A DNA stretch of 63,035 bases, counting the filler, from Octopus bimaculoides (Eukaryota), in NCBI RefSeq assembly GCF_001194135.2. It is 5 parts of 4 records of this genome, joined end to end, with 100 filler letters (N's around TTAATTAATTAA, not from the genome) between each part and the next. Parts side by side here need not be neighbours in the genome. Positions count along the whole stretch, not along the records: positions 17,053 to 47,416 come from NC_068981.1; positions 47,517 to 60,607 come from NC_069002.1; 3 more parts are not named here. One strand, written 5' to 3'. The notes below the pieces were generated by a model, which was given only the letters and a program-made list of their open reading frames with translations, was not told the DNA's origin and searched no databases. Made by a program: the position numbers and the translations under genes. This document shows positions 34,067 through 48,297 of the stretch, in pieces (the stretch's first letter is position 1; each line of letters starts with the position of its first letter).

Positions 34067-36533
34067 AACACATAGATAGATGTGCTAGGAAGCTCAAACC
34101 ACATTTTTTAATCTTTCCTTTTTATCAATGTTGCCAGGACACCTCAGTGTAGCAAAGATTAAATAAAGAGGCAACGTTTATTCATAAATATCAAACACAA
34201 CTTAATATGAACGTTCAACTCAATACAGGACACTGGTAACTCTACTAATATCAATAATCCCACTAATCTTCATATATCGCAAATAATACTTTAAATTCTA
34301 GTAATCGTATCTACATAAATTACATCCCTACCAGAACAGTTTACTTCACTTACATCCCTACGCAGGGTCTTACCACCTCTTGTATTTACACCTTAGATCT
34401 ATCATGGCGTCGAATGTGTCTTTTTAAACCAGACAATAGATTGAAAAGACACCCACATATATTGCATCTCTTAATTAGACCACCAAGAAGTGCAGTTAAT
34501 TTTTGACCTATACAGATCTTAAAATATCTTTTGAGGCCTCCGTCAGATTTGCAGACCCTATGGCGTACACGGCATTCAAAGTGTACTCAGATAAATAGGA
34601 AAATTCGTTGGTGGAGATTCGTTTTTCATGGGTCCACACTTGTTTACTCTCTGCGCCCTAAGATTAAATTCCGTTTGGCTCAACTTCCTCTCTCATTCAT
34701 TAGGAAACGACTAAATAAATCATCTGTATGCTTGAATGGAATAATAGTTAGATTATCCACTGGAAGGTTTTTGCGATACGTGTTTAACTCCCGATTCTTA
34801 CCACTAGAGTGTCCTTTGTGACCCTAAATGTTTATGATATAACGGGAAGATTCTTTAGACAAATATCTAAATATTTGAACTTGAATAAATAGTGAACATA
34901 GACTTAGTGTTATATTCTATACATCAGATTTTAATCACGATAAACAAACTACATATATCGGTAAATATTTGTGATCATTATATCTTAACAAGGATTTTTT
35001 TCTCTGTAACAAAAAAAAAGAAGGGAATGAAGTGAAAAAGAGAAACCCGTATAAATAAATCAGCGTGATCAGTATGTTACTTCTTACAAACAATAACCTC
35101 GAAAAATTAGATAGGTTTATTTATATAAATGTTTACTTATTATATCTAAGATTGCTAAACGTATTGCAGCATTGATCTATTTTTATAATTGTTCCTGCAA
35201 TCTGTTAAAGTATCAGAATCTTGCTGTTATATGAATTATATATATAACTCGAAAATACGAGTATCAACATTCAATGTTCACATGTAAATTTGAAACATTT
35301 ATTCGGTTTCGAAAAGGACTTCTAGTATTAATTGTCAACTTATTTAACATACCATATTAATGTATTATAATTGTTCGTGTAATGTAGACAATAGACGAGT
35401 CACAGGAAGTGTTACGAGACGGAAATATATTCAATAGGCTGAAAGTTGTTCATTTTAATTCATAATAATATATTAGGTAATGTAATGTTCTGTTTAACTA
35501 CAGATACACGACTAAAGCTGCCTTTTCGTTTCAAACACTTATTTGCAACTCAAAATTATTTCATGATCGTTCATTCGTTAGTAATATTGTAACAAAGGCG
35601 AGTGATGACCTAGCAAGAACGAAATTCCTTCGGTTTCTTGAACAAAAATATGGAAAGTATACATATCTGTATGTGTGTGTTTATATGTATAATTCTATAT
35701 GGAACGTTACTAAAAATTTTATTTTTCATTTTCTTTCCTTTCCTTTTAATTGCTTGAATTCTCCTACCCTATATACCTTGACATTTGTACGCGCCATTAC
35801 ACTCATATGCATATCGTTGCTATTATGTCAAACTGTGATATGTCTATATTTGGCCAAATGCGTTTTTGTAAATATTTATTTTTGCTTGCAATAGCCGGTT
35901 CTTTTGGTCAATCAATCGTATCTCCAGCTGCTTCAGATGCCATGATATCAAAAATTGTCAAAGTAGTGTACAACGGTTTTGCTATGAATTGGTGAAACTA
36001 CTTTTTCGTTTTCTGAAAAAGCAACGTTTAGGACTTACGACACTTTTGCGTAATAGCAACGATATGAATATGTGCGCAAAATACTTGTACAGGTCACTGA
36101 GAGCAGCATGCCGAGAATACTAATCCAATTTATTTGAAACAAGATTGTGTCTATTCGTGATGTTGTGTCCAGTGACTCTGCACGAGTTTCGTGACGACAG
36201 TTGAATTTATTACAGCATACGACCTCTTATTATATTTTGGCTGTGGAGTGAAAATTGGAGAAGATATACCATGACTAGTCATTTCTGCGTGGCAAGTGGT
36301 TTCACCAATTTCATTGACTTTGAAAATGTGACGTATTACTTGGTTACACACCTACATATCCACTCCTATTTTGGGGGATTTTGTATTTCCTTATGAAACT
36401 CATCTTTAAACATTACTTCCGCTGGTTATGGATTAAATAATGATGAATAAATACATACAGAAAAATATAGATAGATAGATAAATAGATACATACATACAT
36501 ACATACATACATAATTTTTTAGTATAGATAATA

Positions 36534-36656
36534 TTGACAGTGACTTCGAAGTTTCGGCCAGCTAAGCCATTCTATACTCATTTGTTTAATCTTGCCAGCA
36601 TATAGTGTCTGTTGAGCTGATGTCTTAGCTGGCCGAATCATCGAGATCACTGCCAA
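36534..36656. repeat. Inverted pair of hammerhead-like (pseudo-LTR-like) motifs; third copy at 48101..48140
   Basis: Minus strand 36534..36570 reads GGC-uuagcug-GCC-GAA-ACUUCGAAGU-C-ACUGUC. Plus strand 36617..36656 reads CTGATGtcttagctggccGAATcatcgagatcactgcc. Confidence 0.55.
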
Positions 36657-36805
36657 CGCTATTGTTAAAGGATAATGAATTTGTATTCTGAAAAACTATG
36701 GGGTATGAAGTAATCTTTCAGGTTAGTGCAAAGTTGTTTTTTTACTATAAGTGAAAATAAAAACAAATATATATACATGTATATACATGTATACATGTAT
36801 GTATA

Positions 36806-36860
<55 letters not shown>

Positions 36861-38211
36861 NNNNNNNNNNNNNNNNNNNNNNNNNNNNNNNNNNNNNNNN
36901 NNNNNNNNNNNNNNNNNNNNNNNNNNNNNNNNNNNNNNNNNNNNNNNNNNNNNNNNNNNNNNNNNNNNNNNNNNNNNNNNNNNNNNNNNNNNNNNNNNNN
37001 NNNNNNNNNNNNNNNNNNNNNNNNNNNNNNNNNNNNNNNNNNNNNNNNNNNNNNNNNNNNNNNNNNNNNNNNNNNNNNNNNNNNNNNNNNNNNNNNNNNN
37101 NNNNNNNNNNNNNNNNNNNNNNNNNNNNNNNNNNNNNNNNNNNNNNNNNNNNNNNNNNNNNNNNNNNNNNNNNNNNNNNNNNNNNNNNNNNNNNNNNNNN
37201 NNNNNNNNNNNNNNNNNNNNNNNNNNNNNNNNNNNNNNNNNNNNNNNNNNNNNNNNNNNNNNNNNNNNNNNNNNNNNNNNNNNNNNNNNNNNNNNNNNNN
37301 NNNNNNNNNNNNNNNNNNNNNNNNNNNNNNNNNNNNNNNNNNNNNNNNNNNNNNNNNNNNNNNNNNNNNNNNNNNNNNNNNNNNNNNNNNNNNNNNNNNN
37401 NNNNNNNNNNNNNNNNNNNNNNNNNNNNNNNNNNNNNNNNNNNNNNNNNNNNNNNNNNNNNNNNNNNNNNNNNNNNNNNNNNNNNNNNNNNNNNNNNNNN
37501 NNNNNNNNNNNNNNNNNNNNNNNNNNNNNNNNNNNNNNNNNNNNNNNNNNNNNNNNNNNNNNNNNNNNNNNNNNNNNNNNNNNNNNNNNNNNNNNNNNNN
37601 NNNNNNNNNNNNNNNNNNNNNNNNNNNNNNNNNNNNNNNNNNNNNNNNNNNNNNNNNNNNNNNNNNNNNNNNNNNNNNNNNNNNNNNNNNNNNNNNNNNN
37701 NNNNNNNNNNNNNCTTTCTTTCTTTCTTTCAGGGGCCTCTTGGCTTAATGGCACAAAGCGCTAAACCGATATTTGTGAGTTGCAAGGTTCACTTCCCAGT
37801 GGAGGCTTGCTGGCCACTGTTTTCCGTCTTCTGAGGGGTATCTACCCGGGTTTCTAAATTGTCTTTATTCTCTGAAGTATACAGATACTTTCACCGCTTA
37901 TAAATTTGTATACAAAATTATCTCATGTGTATGTGCACGCGCGCGTGGTAGTGTTTAAGTTTAAATGATTTCTGAAAATGCAATGCTTGGACATATAATG
38001 AGTGTTGCATCCGGTAGTTGTTGAATGTTTCGAGCTTTCATTCAGGTATCGTGACCAATATGGATGAAACGAAGGCTTGTGCTATAAGTGCTATTCCACA
38101 GAACCACCGATCACTCTTTATCCAGATCCATATTCACATCTGCAAAATTTGTATTAAAAACAATGAGTCGAACAAAAATTTGTTCGACTTGTTCGCCGTA
38201 CAGCACACGCA

Positions 38212-38280
<69 letters not shown>

Positions 38281-38959
38281 GCACAAGCATTCACATGGAT
38301 GGATAGATGCATACATACATATATACATACGTATCTTAAATAGCTCTGGCCAGACAGTAGTCAGTAACCAAAGAAATAGATTTCAACTTAAACCAGCAGT
38401 AACATTCCTAGTTTTTAGTCCCAGAACCCTCGAATTCTACTATGTTACTATCACCTGAGTATTAATTTACACCTGTAGAAACAAATATAAACCGACAGTG
38501 CAAAAAACAAAACTCAAGATTAGTTCTAAAACTACACTCGTGAGTACAATTAATTTCACTTCATGCGTATCAAACACACTGCTCTTTCTGATTTGTACTA
38601 AATACACTGAACTCTCTCGTACACACCCGGATATAGCCACGCATTTCCGAATATGTCAACATAAACTTGCCGACGGCACTTTCCCGATCATGCATCAAGT
38701 GTCACCAATAACTAACGTACGGTGTATAACACTGTTCTATCCACTGAATATGACCAATAATATTCTAAAACGCCACTGGGCAGAAAACGATATCAGTGCA
38801 CTGGTAAACGCTTGATACGCTCACCATAACGATAGTATAAAAGCTAATGTCTACGGTAAAATTACCGAAAAATTAGAGTTACAGTCCTAGATCTATAAAG
38901 TACATCGAAAATAAAATAAAATAAATCAAAAGATCATTTCATACTTTACACACGCACAT

Positions 38960-39610
38960 GGTAACAATAGAAGCCACACTTCTCAATGGATATAGTGCAC
39001 CAACTGACCCAATGCCAACAGGTCAGGTGTCACTTCAACAGTCCGTTAGCCGTCGCTATCTGACCTAATTCCACACAACTCTACTGTGGCAAGCCAGGAC
39101 TCACTACCGCAACAACAACAGCCTGCTACTGCTACGATATTGGAATCATTTAGTTTGATACCACTATTTGACCTGATTCCACCCAGCCCTACTGGTGCAA
39201 GTCAAGTTTCACTGCCGCTTCAGTAGCAACAACTACAACAACAATAGCTTGCTACTGCTACTACAATAGGACCACTGACCAACGACCCTGCCAATGTAGA
39301 AAACCCTCTATTATGACCACGTCAAAAACCATGTCGTTACAATACTCAAGGTAACTGTAGATTTGGTCCCAGCGGCACCAACAAGGCACACCATCCTTTT
39401 TATCAATCCTACCTTATGCCATAGTCTTTTTAAGGGCACCTGTCCATATGGTATAACGGAAAAAAACTGTCCCCACCTTCTCCCCCAAATACTGTCCTAA
39501 ATACAGAGTCCACACCCATTTCCTAAATATGTGCGCACAAAAGGCAACGGACGCATCTTCTTCCATGCTAAACTGTGCCAAAATTCTATGTCATTAACGA
39601 CGTGCCTGGA
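38960..39610 (+). pseudogene. Decayed Cys/His-rich (CCCH zinc-finger array) coding relic, probably retroelement ORF1-like
   Basis: Frameshifted peptides PCRYNTQGNCRFG, LCHSLFKGTCPYGITEKNCPHL and HAKLCQNSMSLTTC, preceded by a Thr/Ala-rich spacer and QWI*CT. Confidence 0.5.
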
Positions 39611-39639
39611 CCCGTATGTATGTATGTATGTATGTATAT

Positions 39640-39760
39640 TACATTTCAGTCTACCAAATCCACTCACAAGAGTTTCGTAAGCCCGAAGCTATAGTAGAAG
39701 TCTCAGGGTACTATATGGAGCTATGTGGCTGGGAAGCGAGCGTCTTCCCACACAGCCACG
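39640..39760 (-). mobile_element. SINE family A, partial 5' part
   Basis: atttcagtctaccaaatccactcacaag...gctatagtagaag...cacacagccac. Confidence 0.7.
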
Positions 39761-42059
39761 TGTGTGTGTTACGTCTATTGAATTGAATGATATCATTCCT
39801 ATATATGTGGAATTATGCGTTAGGTAGTAAGATGTTAAAACATTCAAGCAAATGTGAACTGACAGGTGCGATAATATTTTAAATATTAGTCGTAAATGTT
39901 TGATGCACATATTCAAGAATGAAACGTCATTTTCACATACATTCTCCACTACATTCTCGCATATTAATTAATTCAAATATATCTTTGAATTAAGCCAATA
40001 ATGAAGAATTCATATATAAACAGAATTCGACACTAATTGAGAGAAATGCAATAATAATTTAAACCATTCATAATCAAAAGTGTCATTAAGATGAATTTCT
40101 GTATTTGTATCACGGGTTTTATCTTTCCAAGCTAGTGACAGATATCCTTCACCACAATCACACATTCAGCCTTCTGAATTCGAATCTACATTATCCTATA
40201 CAGCTGTTGAACCAACTACACTATTTCATATACCGAAGAACTGCTAAGAAAATAAATCGGTCTATGCATCAATGAAACAGAAATAATGCATAATGTACAA
40301 TATAAGCGAACTTAAGTGATTGGACTGCAAAGGTAAAACAAATTAAAGCATTCTGTTCGTAGTGAAAGATACTACGAAGTATTTTAAAATTAAGACTGGA
40401 CTCATTTCAACAGTACTGGAAATGTTTATACATTGTGGAAAACGGTTATATAAAATATACAAATTTGTATTATTTTGGGGAACTGACAGCCGTAGAAAGC
40501 CTTCTTCTTTATAAACGTAATGTTAAAATTTGTACATATTGTATATTGAAGCGTCCGTTAAAAGCCTAGACGGAGTATGCATACGGATGCTTTGTAAAGA
40601 AATAAGCACTTGTTAGAAACAATAATATGGCAACATTCCCAACATAACTACATCTTTAAATCAATTTAATGTAAAGTATGTTAGATACACATGACGAAGC
40701 AAAGATGAGTTAATTCCCCAATAGAAGGACAAAAACGCAAGTTAAGCTGAATTCATATATCGAGCTTCTACAACGAGAGATACTCATTAGTCATAAATTC
40801 GTTGCAGCTGCAGTGCAAATTGCGAATGGGAGCCAATCATCATTAACCAAACACTGATGATATTTCAATTTGAATCTCGATGAATCAGACTTTTTTCATA
40901 CTCCTGGACATTCCTCAGAAAATAACACTCATCAATATACATAGATATTAGTTGTTTATATGTATTTATAGTATATACATAACATAAGTCACCAGAACTC
41001 ATTTTAATTTGCACAGTAGTACAACGCAGGTATTTAAAAACAATCTTTCCATATACAGACAAATGATCTTTTCCTAGTAACTGTCAAACGGAATTAGAAT
41101 CTAATCTAACCTATTCAAATTTTGCTTCACTCGGCGAAGTAATTCTTTTGCGCAACAGCGAGACGAAAATTGTATGTATACTGAAAACAATGTACCTCAA
41201 AACGCAATTTACCCAAGCACATTTTGTGGTGTTTCATGAATTAATTTATCCACGTTGTCTGTGCATGGAATATTCTTGAAAGCTGACTATCCAAACGTGT
41301 AATACTCTTGAATAATATAATCAATATTTTCATCGCATAGTACTACACAAATAAAACTGCGTAGTTTTATTTGTGTAACTCAGCCTTTGTTTCCGCACAA
41401 TTATATTTATAGGCTACTAATCTCTGGTTATTCTTTAAGACGACTACTAGTCAGATCGACTCTGCATTTGGTTAGGAAGAGAGAAATCATTTGATAACTA
41501 CTCTATGTACTTTCCACAAGGATAATATAATTCTTAAATTTCCTTAACAAATGTAACTTTAATTAATCCTGAGTTGTGAAAAAACAGTAACATTTAACTG
41601 AAAATAAATGATAAACAAGTTCAGAAAGACTGTTTTTTTTTTTTTTTTATCGGTCTCTCTAATTCCAGTTGAGTTAGGCGATAATTGAACTAATACCATA
41701 CGCTTTTTTTTTTTTTTTTTGGTTTCCAAAAGAAAGAGAAGATAATTCTACAACACCTATTAAGGAAGGGATAAATTCTTAGACTTTTCATTATAAGTGA
41801 TTATATACGTATCATAGATTTTGAAATTATAGTTTAGAGAGGAGTGTTATAGTGAATGAAACAAAGTGTATATAAAACAATAAGCAGTATCAATAACAAT
41901 GAGACTGATCACAGGATTGTGAGAATAAAAATTATTCTTGATCATTAATTGTTACATTGTACCGTTACAATATGAATTGTGCTATTAATGAAGCACTTAA
42001 GGCATCTAATGCTTTATGAGTTTGGAATAAAAGTTAATAATGTAGAAGCAATCCGAAAT

Positions 42060-42380
42060 ATTCTTTGTGTTCACGAGAAATATTTCTTAGATGAAAGAAT
42101 CAGTGTTTTGAAAAACTTAATGAGGATGATTTCAGTTTAAGAGATGCTCCACGAATCAGTTCATCTGTTCAGTTACTAAAACCCCGTTTATGAAAACTTA
42201 ATGGAAATATTAATATTAGGACTGATGGCTAAACACAGAAGTTAAATTCAAGTCACAGAACAGTCCACCAGCATCAGTTTACAATAGTGTATCAACTCGG
42301 AAAATAGAATTTCCCATAATTTGACAGAAAGTAACTGTGATGCACTTATCACTGGCAATAAGCGGGTCATTTAAAAGAAT
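42060..42380 (+). mobile_element. Highly degraded mariner relic
   Basis: Short peptides DFSLRDAPR, PHNLTES and ITGNKR resemble the mariner GDFSLED.PRSGRP, WVPHEL and ITGDEKW motifs. Confidence 0.45.
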
Positions 42381-43485
42381 GCTAAGCGATGCAGACAATG
42401 TTTTGGGAAGGTGAGCTGGTTAAACTACGCGCGCAAAAAAAAAACGCCATCCAAAAAAAAAAAAAAGAAACACAATTAGTGTTTGGCGGGATTGTGTTGA
42501 TGAGGCCCAGTTCTGGTTATTGCCATTCAGAGTGCACCTCCGTGTTTTCATACACTTTGTCTATTAGGATAAAATGTCTTGTTAAACAATTTATCGCAAT
42601 TGATTTATCCTGATAATTATTGTAGTGAAGTTCTCAGCGCGTATGTTCACCAACGTGCTACATATATGTAGCACCAACGTGCTACATATAAGCCTAGACG
42701 GATTTCTTTAAATCATCTCTCTTTAGCGTGACAATAATATATTAATTTCAGCGTGAAAATACTTTACATACACCTCCAAGTTTGTCACTTGCTGTTTTCA
42801 TATACGAACGGCAGCTTGTAGTGGTATGCGATGAAAAGATTCGGTGCTTGTAGCTGATACAGTATTATATTTTAATCCACTGTATGTCGAAATAGCTTCA
42901 AAAATATTTTAATAAATTCGTAATAGCTTGTTCATACTGGAATATAGACTTCCAAGAATGGAGGTAAATTTCAATTTTGAATCCTTAATATTAGATCATA
43001 ATTTAGCAATTTTAAGACCATTCATATGCAATTGGCCTTATAATACCCAAATACTTTACCTGTTTTAAGATCACATTGGCTAGAAGCAGCCCCTTACACA
43101 TCTATTACAATGCCATTCTAAAAATGAATAAACCCATCGTTGAAATCATGAAGCTGCCATGATAAATTCAAAACAATGTAAATTAATAAGAATTACATAT
43201 GACGGATTAATTAGTGTGCTTACGTGTTACATATGAACTATATATATATGAACTATATANNNNNNNNNNNNNNNNNNNNNNNNNNNNNNNNNNNNNNNNN
43301 NNNNNNNNNNNNNNNNNNNNNNNNNNNNNNNNNNNNNNNNNNNNNNNNNNNNNNNNNNNNNNNNNNNNNNNNNNNNNNNNNNNNNNNNNNNNNNNNNNNN
43401 NNNNNNNNNNNNNNNNNNNNNNNNNNNNNNNNNNNNNNNNNNNNNNNNNNNNNNNNNNNNNNNNNNNNNNNNNNNNNNNNNNNNN

Positions 43486-43534
<49 letters not shown>

Positions 43535-46500
43535 AGATTAGAAGCTAATCCATAATAACAAGGTTGACTAAGGATTCAATTATTTATTTCACTTAGTTTC
43601 ACTTAATTTTATTAACCAAATAAGTAGGCTTTGAACAAAACTACTTCTATCTTTGAAAGAGATGTAAATGTACGTAAATTTAGCTGATTCTGATGTGTCT
43701 GCGTTCACAGGAACATAGTGATATAAGTAGCGTTATGATTGTAGGATATATAAATTTATCTCACCGAATGTGTTAATGTGTTTATGTGTTAAATGTTTGT
43801 ATGTAAACTGCCAATTTCATAGTTTTATTATTTTCTGGATGAACAAATATATTAACTGTTTTTCTTTTTAGATGTTTCAAATCATTCGTCTCCACTAATC
43901 TAGAGCATAACCTTCAAGGATCTAGTCGAAGAAATCGACCTCAGCACTTACTTTATTAAGGTCTGATACTTAGTTACACACACACACACACATACACACA
44001 CACACGCACACACACACACACACACACGCACTGAGAATAGACTTCCTTCAGTTTCCGTTAAAGAAATCCACCTCTCTCAAGGCTGTAAGAAAACTTAATG
44101 TGCCGCGTAGTCGAACCGAACCTAAGACCACTTGGTTATGAAGCCAACTTCTTAATTACACAGTCAACTCTGCACTTATGTTATTTCACTTTTTTTACGA
44201 TTGTGACCGTTACTTTATCTTGGAAAGTGTTGCTTATCGTAGAAAGTCTGTTCCAGTTTAATAGTTTCATGAAATGTAGGATACTAAACAACTTCATGGA
44301 AAATTTACAAAATTTGAAGAAATGTATATGTTTTTGTTTCAGTACATTACGGTTATAGGTATTAAAGCGCTGACGTGAATGCTTTGCAGTTAGATCAAAA
44401 AGCACAAACATAAAATAAGAATTCCATAGCACTTCAAACATGGTAGCGTGTACAAAATTTAATATAGCTGAAAAAATTTATACCTCTCTCGCCTTCGAAG
44501 TTTACCCTTGTGCGTTTACAAACTAAAATTCGAAAGTATAAAATTATTGTGATATACACTTGGTAACGATGAGATCAAAAGCGTATCGAAAGTAATTTAG
44601 GGGAAAATAAACATGGAATTACAGCGTGCGATTTCTCTCCCCTACTTTGATTAACTCCATTTATATTTTGACTTGCGAACGAGATTCTTAACCTGCCTTA
44701 GAATATCGCATTACATCACACCCACCCTTTTGGAAAACAGCCATTTTATCATAAATATTTTCAGCGCTTGTATATGTACCCCTCTCTTGAATGTGATATT
44801 TCGTATTGTATATCGGTGCAGTTGCTGACTCGAATGAAAACTTCTTATCTACCACTACTGCTACTACACTATTACTATAAATAGCAACAGCAGCAACAAC
44901 AACAACAACAGCAACAAGAACAAGATATCCAATTACACCAGGAAAAAAACAAATGAAACCGAAAAAATACTGACAAAAGTTTAGAACATAACTGCGGAAC
45001 TAACCATCAAAATTTATTTCTATTTGGCATACGTAAATAATGTATTGCACATGTTTACAACACCCAACATCCAACATGTGCACATACGAACACTGATGTG
45101 CGATTCGTATCAATATATGACTGACTCCTTCCCTCTGTATACAACACAAGAAACGTAAATTAACCCAAATCCGTTTTGTCCAGCCCAAGTATAATAATCG
45201 GCAAATGCGGACTTATAACTTAATTTATAATTAATTCATGGTACGAACTAATGCCTGCAAAACTTTTTAATACCAGAAAAGATCTGGCCGGTACCTATGA
45301 AAATGATGACAATCTAAATAAATGACCCCACATTATTTCTCAGGTCTCATAAAAAAACTGAAAAAAAAATTAAATGAATACGTTAGGAATATGCTGCAAT
45401 TTTGCTGGTTTATCTCACCACGATACACTAACTGCAATGGTAATATACAATGGTATATCTGTATATCAATACACCTAAATATATCGCTGAATCCTAAGAA
45501 ACTATATACCTTGAAGCAGCGTTCTAGTTAAGCACTGGAATCTATTCTATTGAATGATCATGGTACACCAAAATTACTGGCAAATGTCGATATTAGAGCG
45601 AAGTACAAAGTGAGAGAATCGTTGGAGTACCGTTCGAAATATCTCGCATTGCAACTTCTGACAAGTTCAAATTCCGCCGTGATCAACATATGTTAATACC
45701 AACACGCCCAACCCCCGAAAGCGATAATATATCTATTAGTCAAGATAAGGATTGTTTCGTCTAACCACTTTTCTCCGAAATATTTTTATACCTCTTACTT
45801 GCAGTTCAAAATATTCTTTTCTGTTTTCGTTTGCTGTGAACTCGTGCTTTTAAAGAGATCCACTTACAACGCTAGTTCTTTCATGATAACTTGATATTAA
45901 TTAGTGGATATACGATTATTTTATCAACAAAATGCTTCTGCATAACTAGCTGTCCACAAAATTGTCAATGTTTATAGATATTCGTGTTTTAAAGTGCTGT
46001 CAGCTTTTGCACGAGGGAATGATATCTCTTGCATTGTGAGTAGTAACCCCCCGCCATTCGATCTTTTGCAAAAACAAAGAGGTTATTTAAAACCTATAAT
46101 AATAAAGTTACAATTAAACAAATACAACTGTAAGCCCTAACATTGAGGGTTCAACTTTGAGTAAATTAAAAATATATATTATAAATGCTGTCACAAAAGC
46201 CATATGTAGGAAGAACGTGACTTTTGCTGCTGTCATTCATACAAAAGGTCTAGGACCAGTTCTTTATCCTCAGTGCCACGAGTGATTTATGAGTATAGCA
46301 AGAAGCTCCAATTTGTTTCATAAAAAGTTGAGAAGCTGAACATATCAGTGGTCCAAAATAACAAATAAGAATTATTGCAATTTTTAAATAACATCTACGA
46401 AAATGGTGGGTACAATGTGTCGATTGATAAGGCTAAAAACATAATTGTTCGTAAAAAGAAAATTTCAACTTATATAACCGAGCGCATCACTATCCTCACT

Positions 46501-46706
46501 GTCTAAGATACTTCATGGGTATTATCAGATTTGAAAATTCTTACAGGAAAATGCATGAGACTGCTGTTCCAAAAAATCAGCAGAGCATACCGTGATTGAA
46601 AGAATCTTGAGGCGGTGAATTTTGAACCCAAGATTTGTGTTGAGGTTGTCCATCCTTGATCCGTTTTACTTTATATTTTCAATATATTTCAATATCATAT
46701 ATTGCA

Positions 46707-47118
46707 TAGGCGGTGAGCTGGCAAAAACGTTATCACACTAATTGAAAATGCTTAGCGGCTTTTCGTCCATCCTCATGTTTTCAGTTCAAATTCCGCCGAG
46801 GTTGACTTTCATTCCATCATTTAGGGGTCGATAAAATAAGTACCGGTGAAGCGGTGGGAATGACGTAATCGACTTATGCCTTCCTCCTAAACTGTTGGCA
46901 TTGTGCCAAATTTTGAAATCAATACTACACATTGGTTTCATGTTTTGGTACAAAGCCTGCAATTTCGGGTAAGCGTAATACATATTTCTCTATGTTCAAC
47001 TGGTACAACATTTTATTGACCCCGAAAGGATGAAAGGGAAAATAGACACTGCGATATTTCAAGTCAGAACGTAAAATCGGAAGAAACGCCGCTCAGCATT
47101 CTGCCAGTTTACCGCCTT
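46707..47118. mobile_element. Two SINE family C copies in tail-to-tail inverted orientation (46707..46922 + and ~46930..47118 -)
   Basis: taggcggtgagctggca...gcttagcggc...ttcaaattccgccgagg...ggggtcgataaaat is mirrored by attttattgaccccgaaaggatgaaag...ccgctcagcattctgccagtttaccgcctta. Confidence 0.8.
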
Positions 47119-47369
47119 ATGTTTTCATGTAACATATTACGTTTTCCTACACCTCTCGTTTATAGTTTATATAAATATATGCACACTTCCATATATTTTC
47201 AGCCTTTTTGCATAGCATGATTTTCATTGTATATAGTGTTCCCTAGTCACCAATAATGTAAGGCTTCTCAGCTACGTTTTTAACTTATTTTATCTGTCAC
47301 TGATTTAACATATTTGCTTTTTATCACTCTTTGCTTTCAATTTACGCTTCGATACGTGTGTATGTATGT

Positions 47370-47416
<47 letters not shown>

Positions 47417-47517
47417 NNNNNNNNNNNNNNNNNNNNNNNNNNNNNNNNNNNNNNNNNNNNTTAATTAATTAANNNNNNNNNNNNNNNNNNNNNNNNNNNN
47501 NNNNNNNNNNNNNNNNC

Positions 47518-47678
47518 TTATGGTTTCTTAAACATTCACTAGAACAAAACTGTACAAATCCAAATGTATGGTACCCTAGGCATAACACCTACATGAACTT
47601 CTAACTTGTTGTCTCTTGAGGTCTCTGGGTGAGACTTGGATCCAACTTGTACAAATGCAAAACAAAAGTCAAACATAA

Positions 47679-47736
<58 letters not shown>

Positions 47737-47749
47737 TTAATAATAATAA
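47518..47749 (+). mobile_element. Probable non-LTR retrotransposon 3' end terminating in (AAT)n
   Basis: About 160 bp of unique sequence runs directly into a long (AAT)n tail; the 5' side is a gap. The class is inferred. Confidence 0.45.
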
Positions 47750-48256
47750 GAAAGGTGGCCGGGAGCAATTTAAAACCAGAAAGGAAATAATTCACAGGCA
47801 TTAAAAGTGACCAAAGTGTGGCAGGATCACCAGCATAGCTAGAAATAAGAGTGAAAGACACCTTAGCCACAAAAAGTCGCATGTTCTATTTGCACTGACA
47901 GGGCAGAGAACATCTCGTCACCGAGAGTGAGCTGCATTAGACTAATATGTTAATTTCGTATGAGAGATTAATACTTGTCAATAAAACTTGCTCCATTACG
48001 GGTGGTGGAACTGAAATCTCGCCTATCATCCTTATATAAAATGTTCCTTAAATAAGTAACTGATTTCAGGAAGTTATAATGTGATAATTATGATATATTC
48101 CGATGGCTTAGCTGGTCGAATCATCAAAGTCCTTGTCAACAATATTCTTGCACACAAATAATAAATTTGTATTGCACAAAAATATAGAGTAAACCATGAG
48201 ATTTATGTAAAACTTTTTTCATTATAACTGAATATAAAAACGAACATTAGTGTGTA

Positions 48257-48296
<40 letters not shown>

Positions 48297-48297
<1 letters not shown>

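Noticed and set aside
35880-36351. Candidate exons or ORFs in unique sequence (also 27033..27363, 30938..31329, 34531..34821, 61116..61304)
   Set aside because: No recognisable domain and no consistent acceptor/donor pair with an open frame.
42646-42690. 19-bp direct repeat caccaacgtgctacatata
   Set aside because: Only two units, a simple local duplication; it is not a CRISPR-like array.
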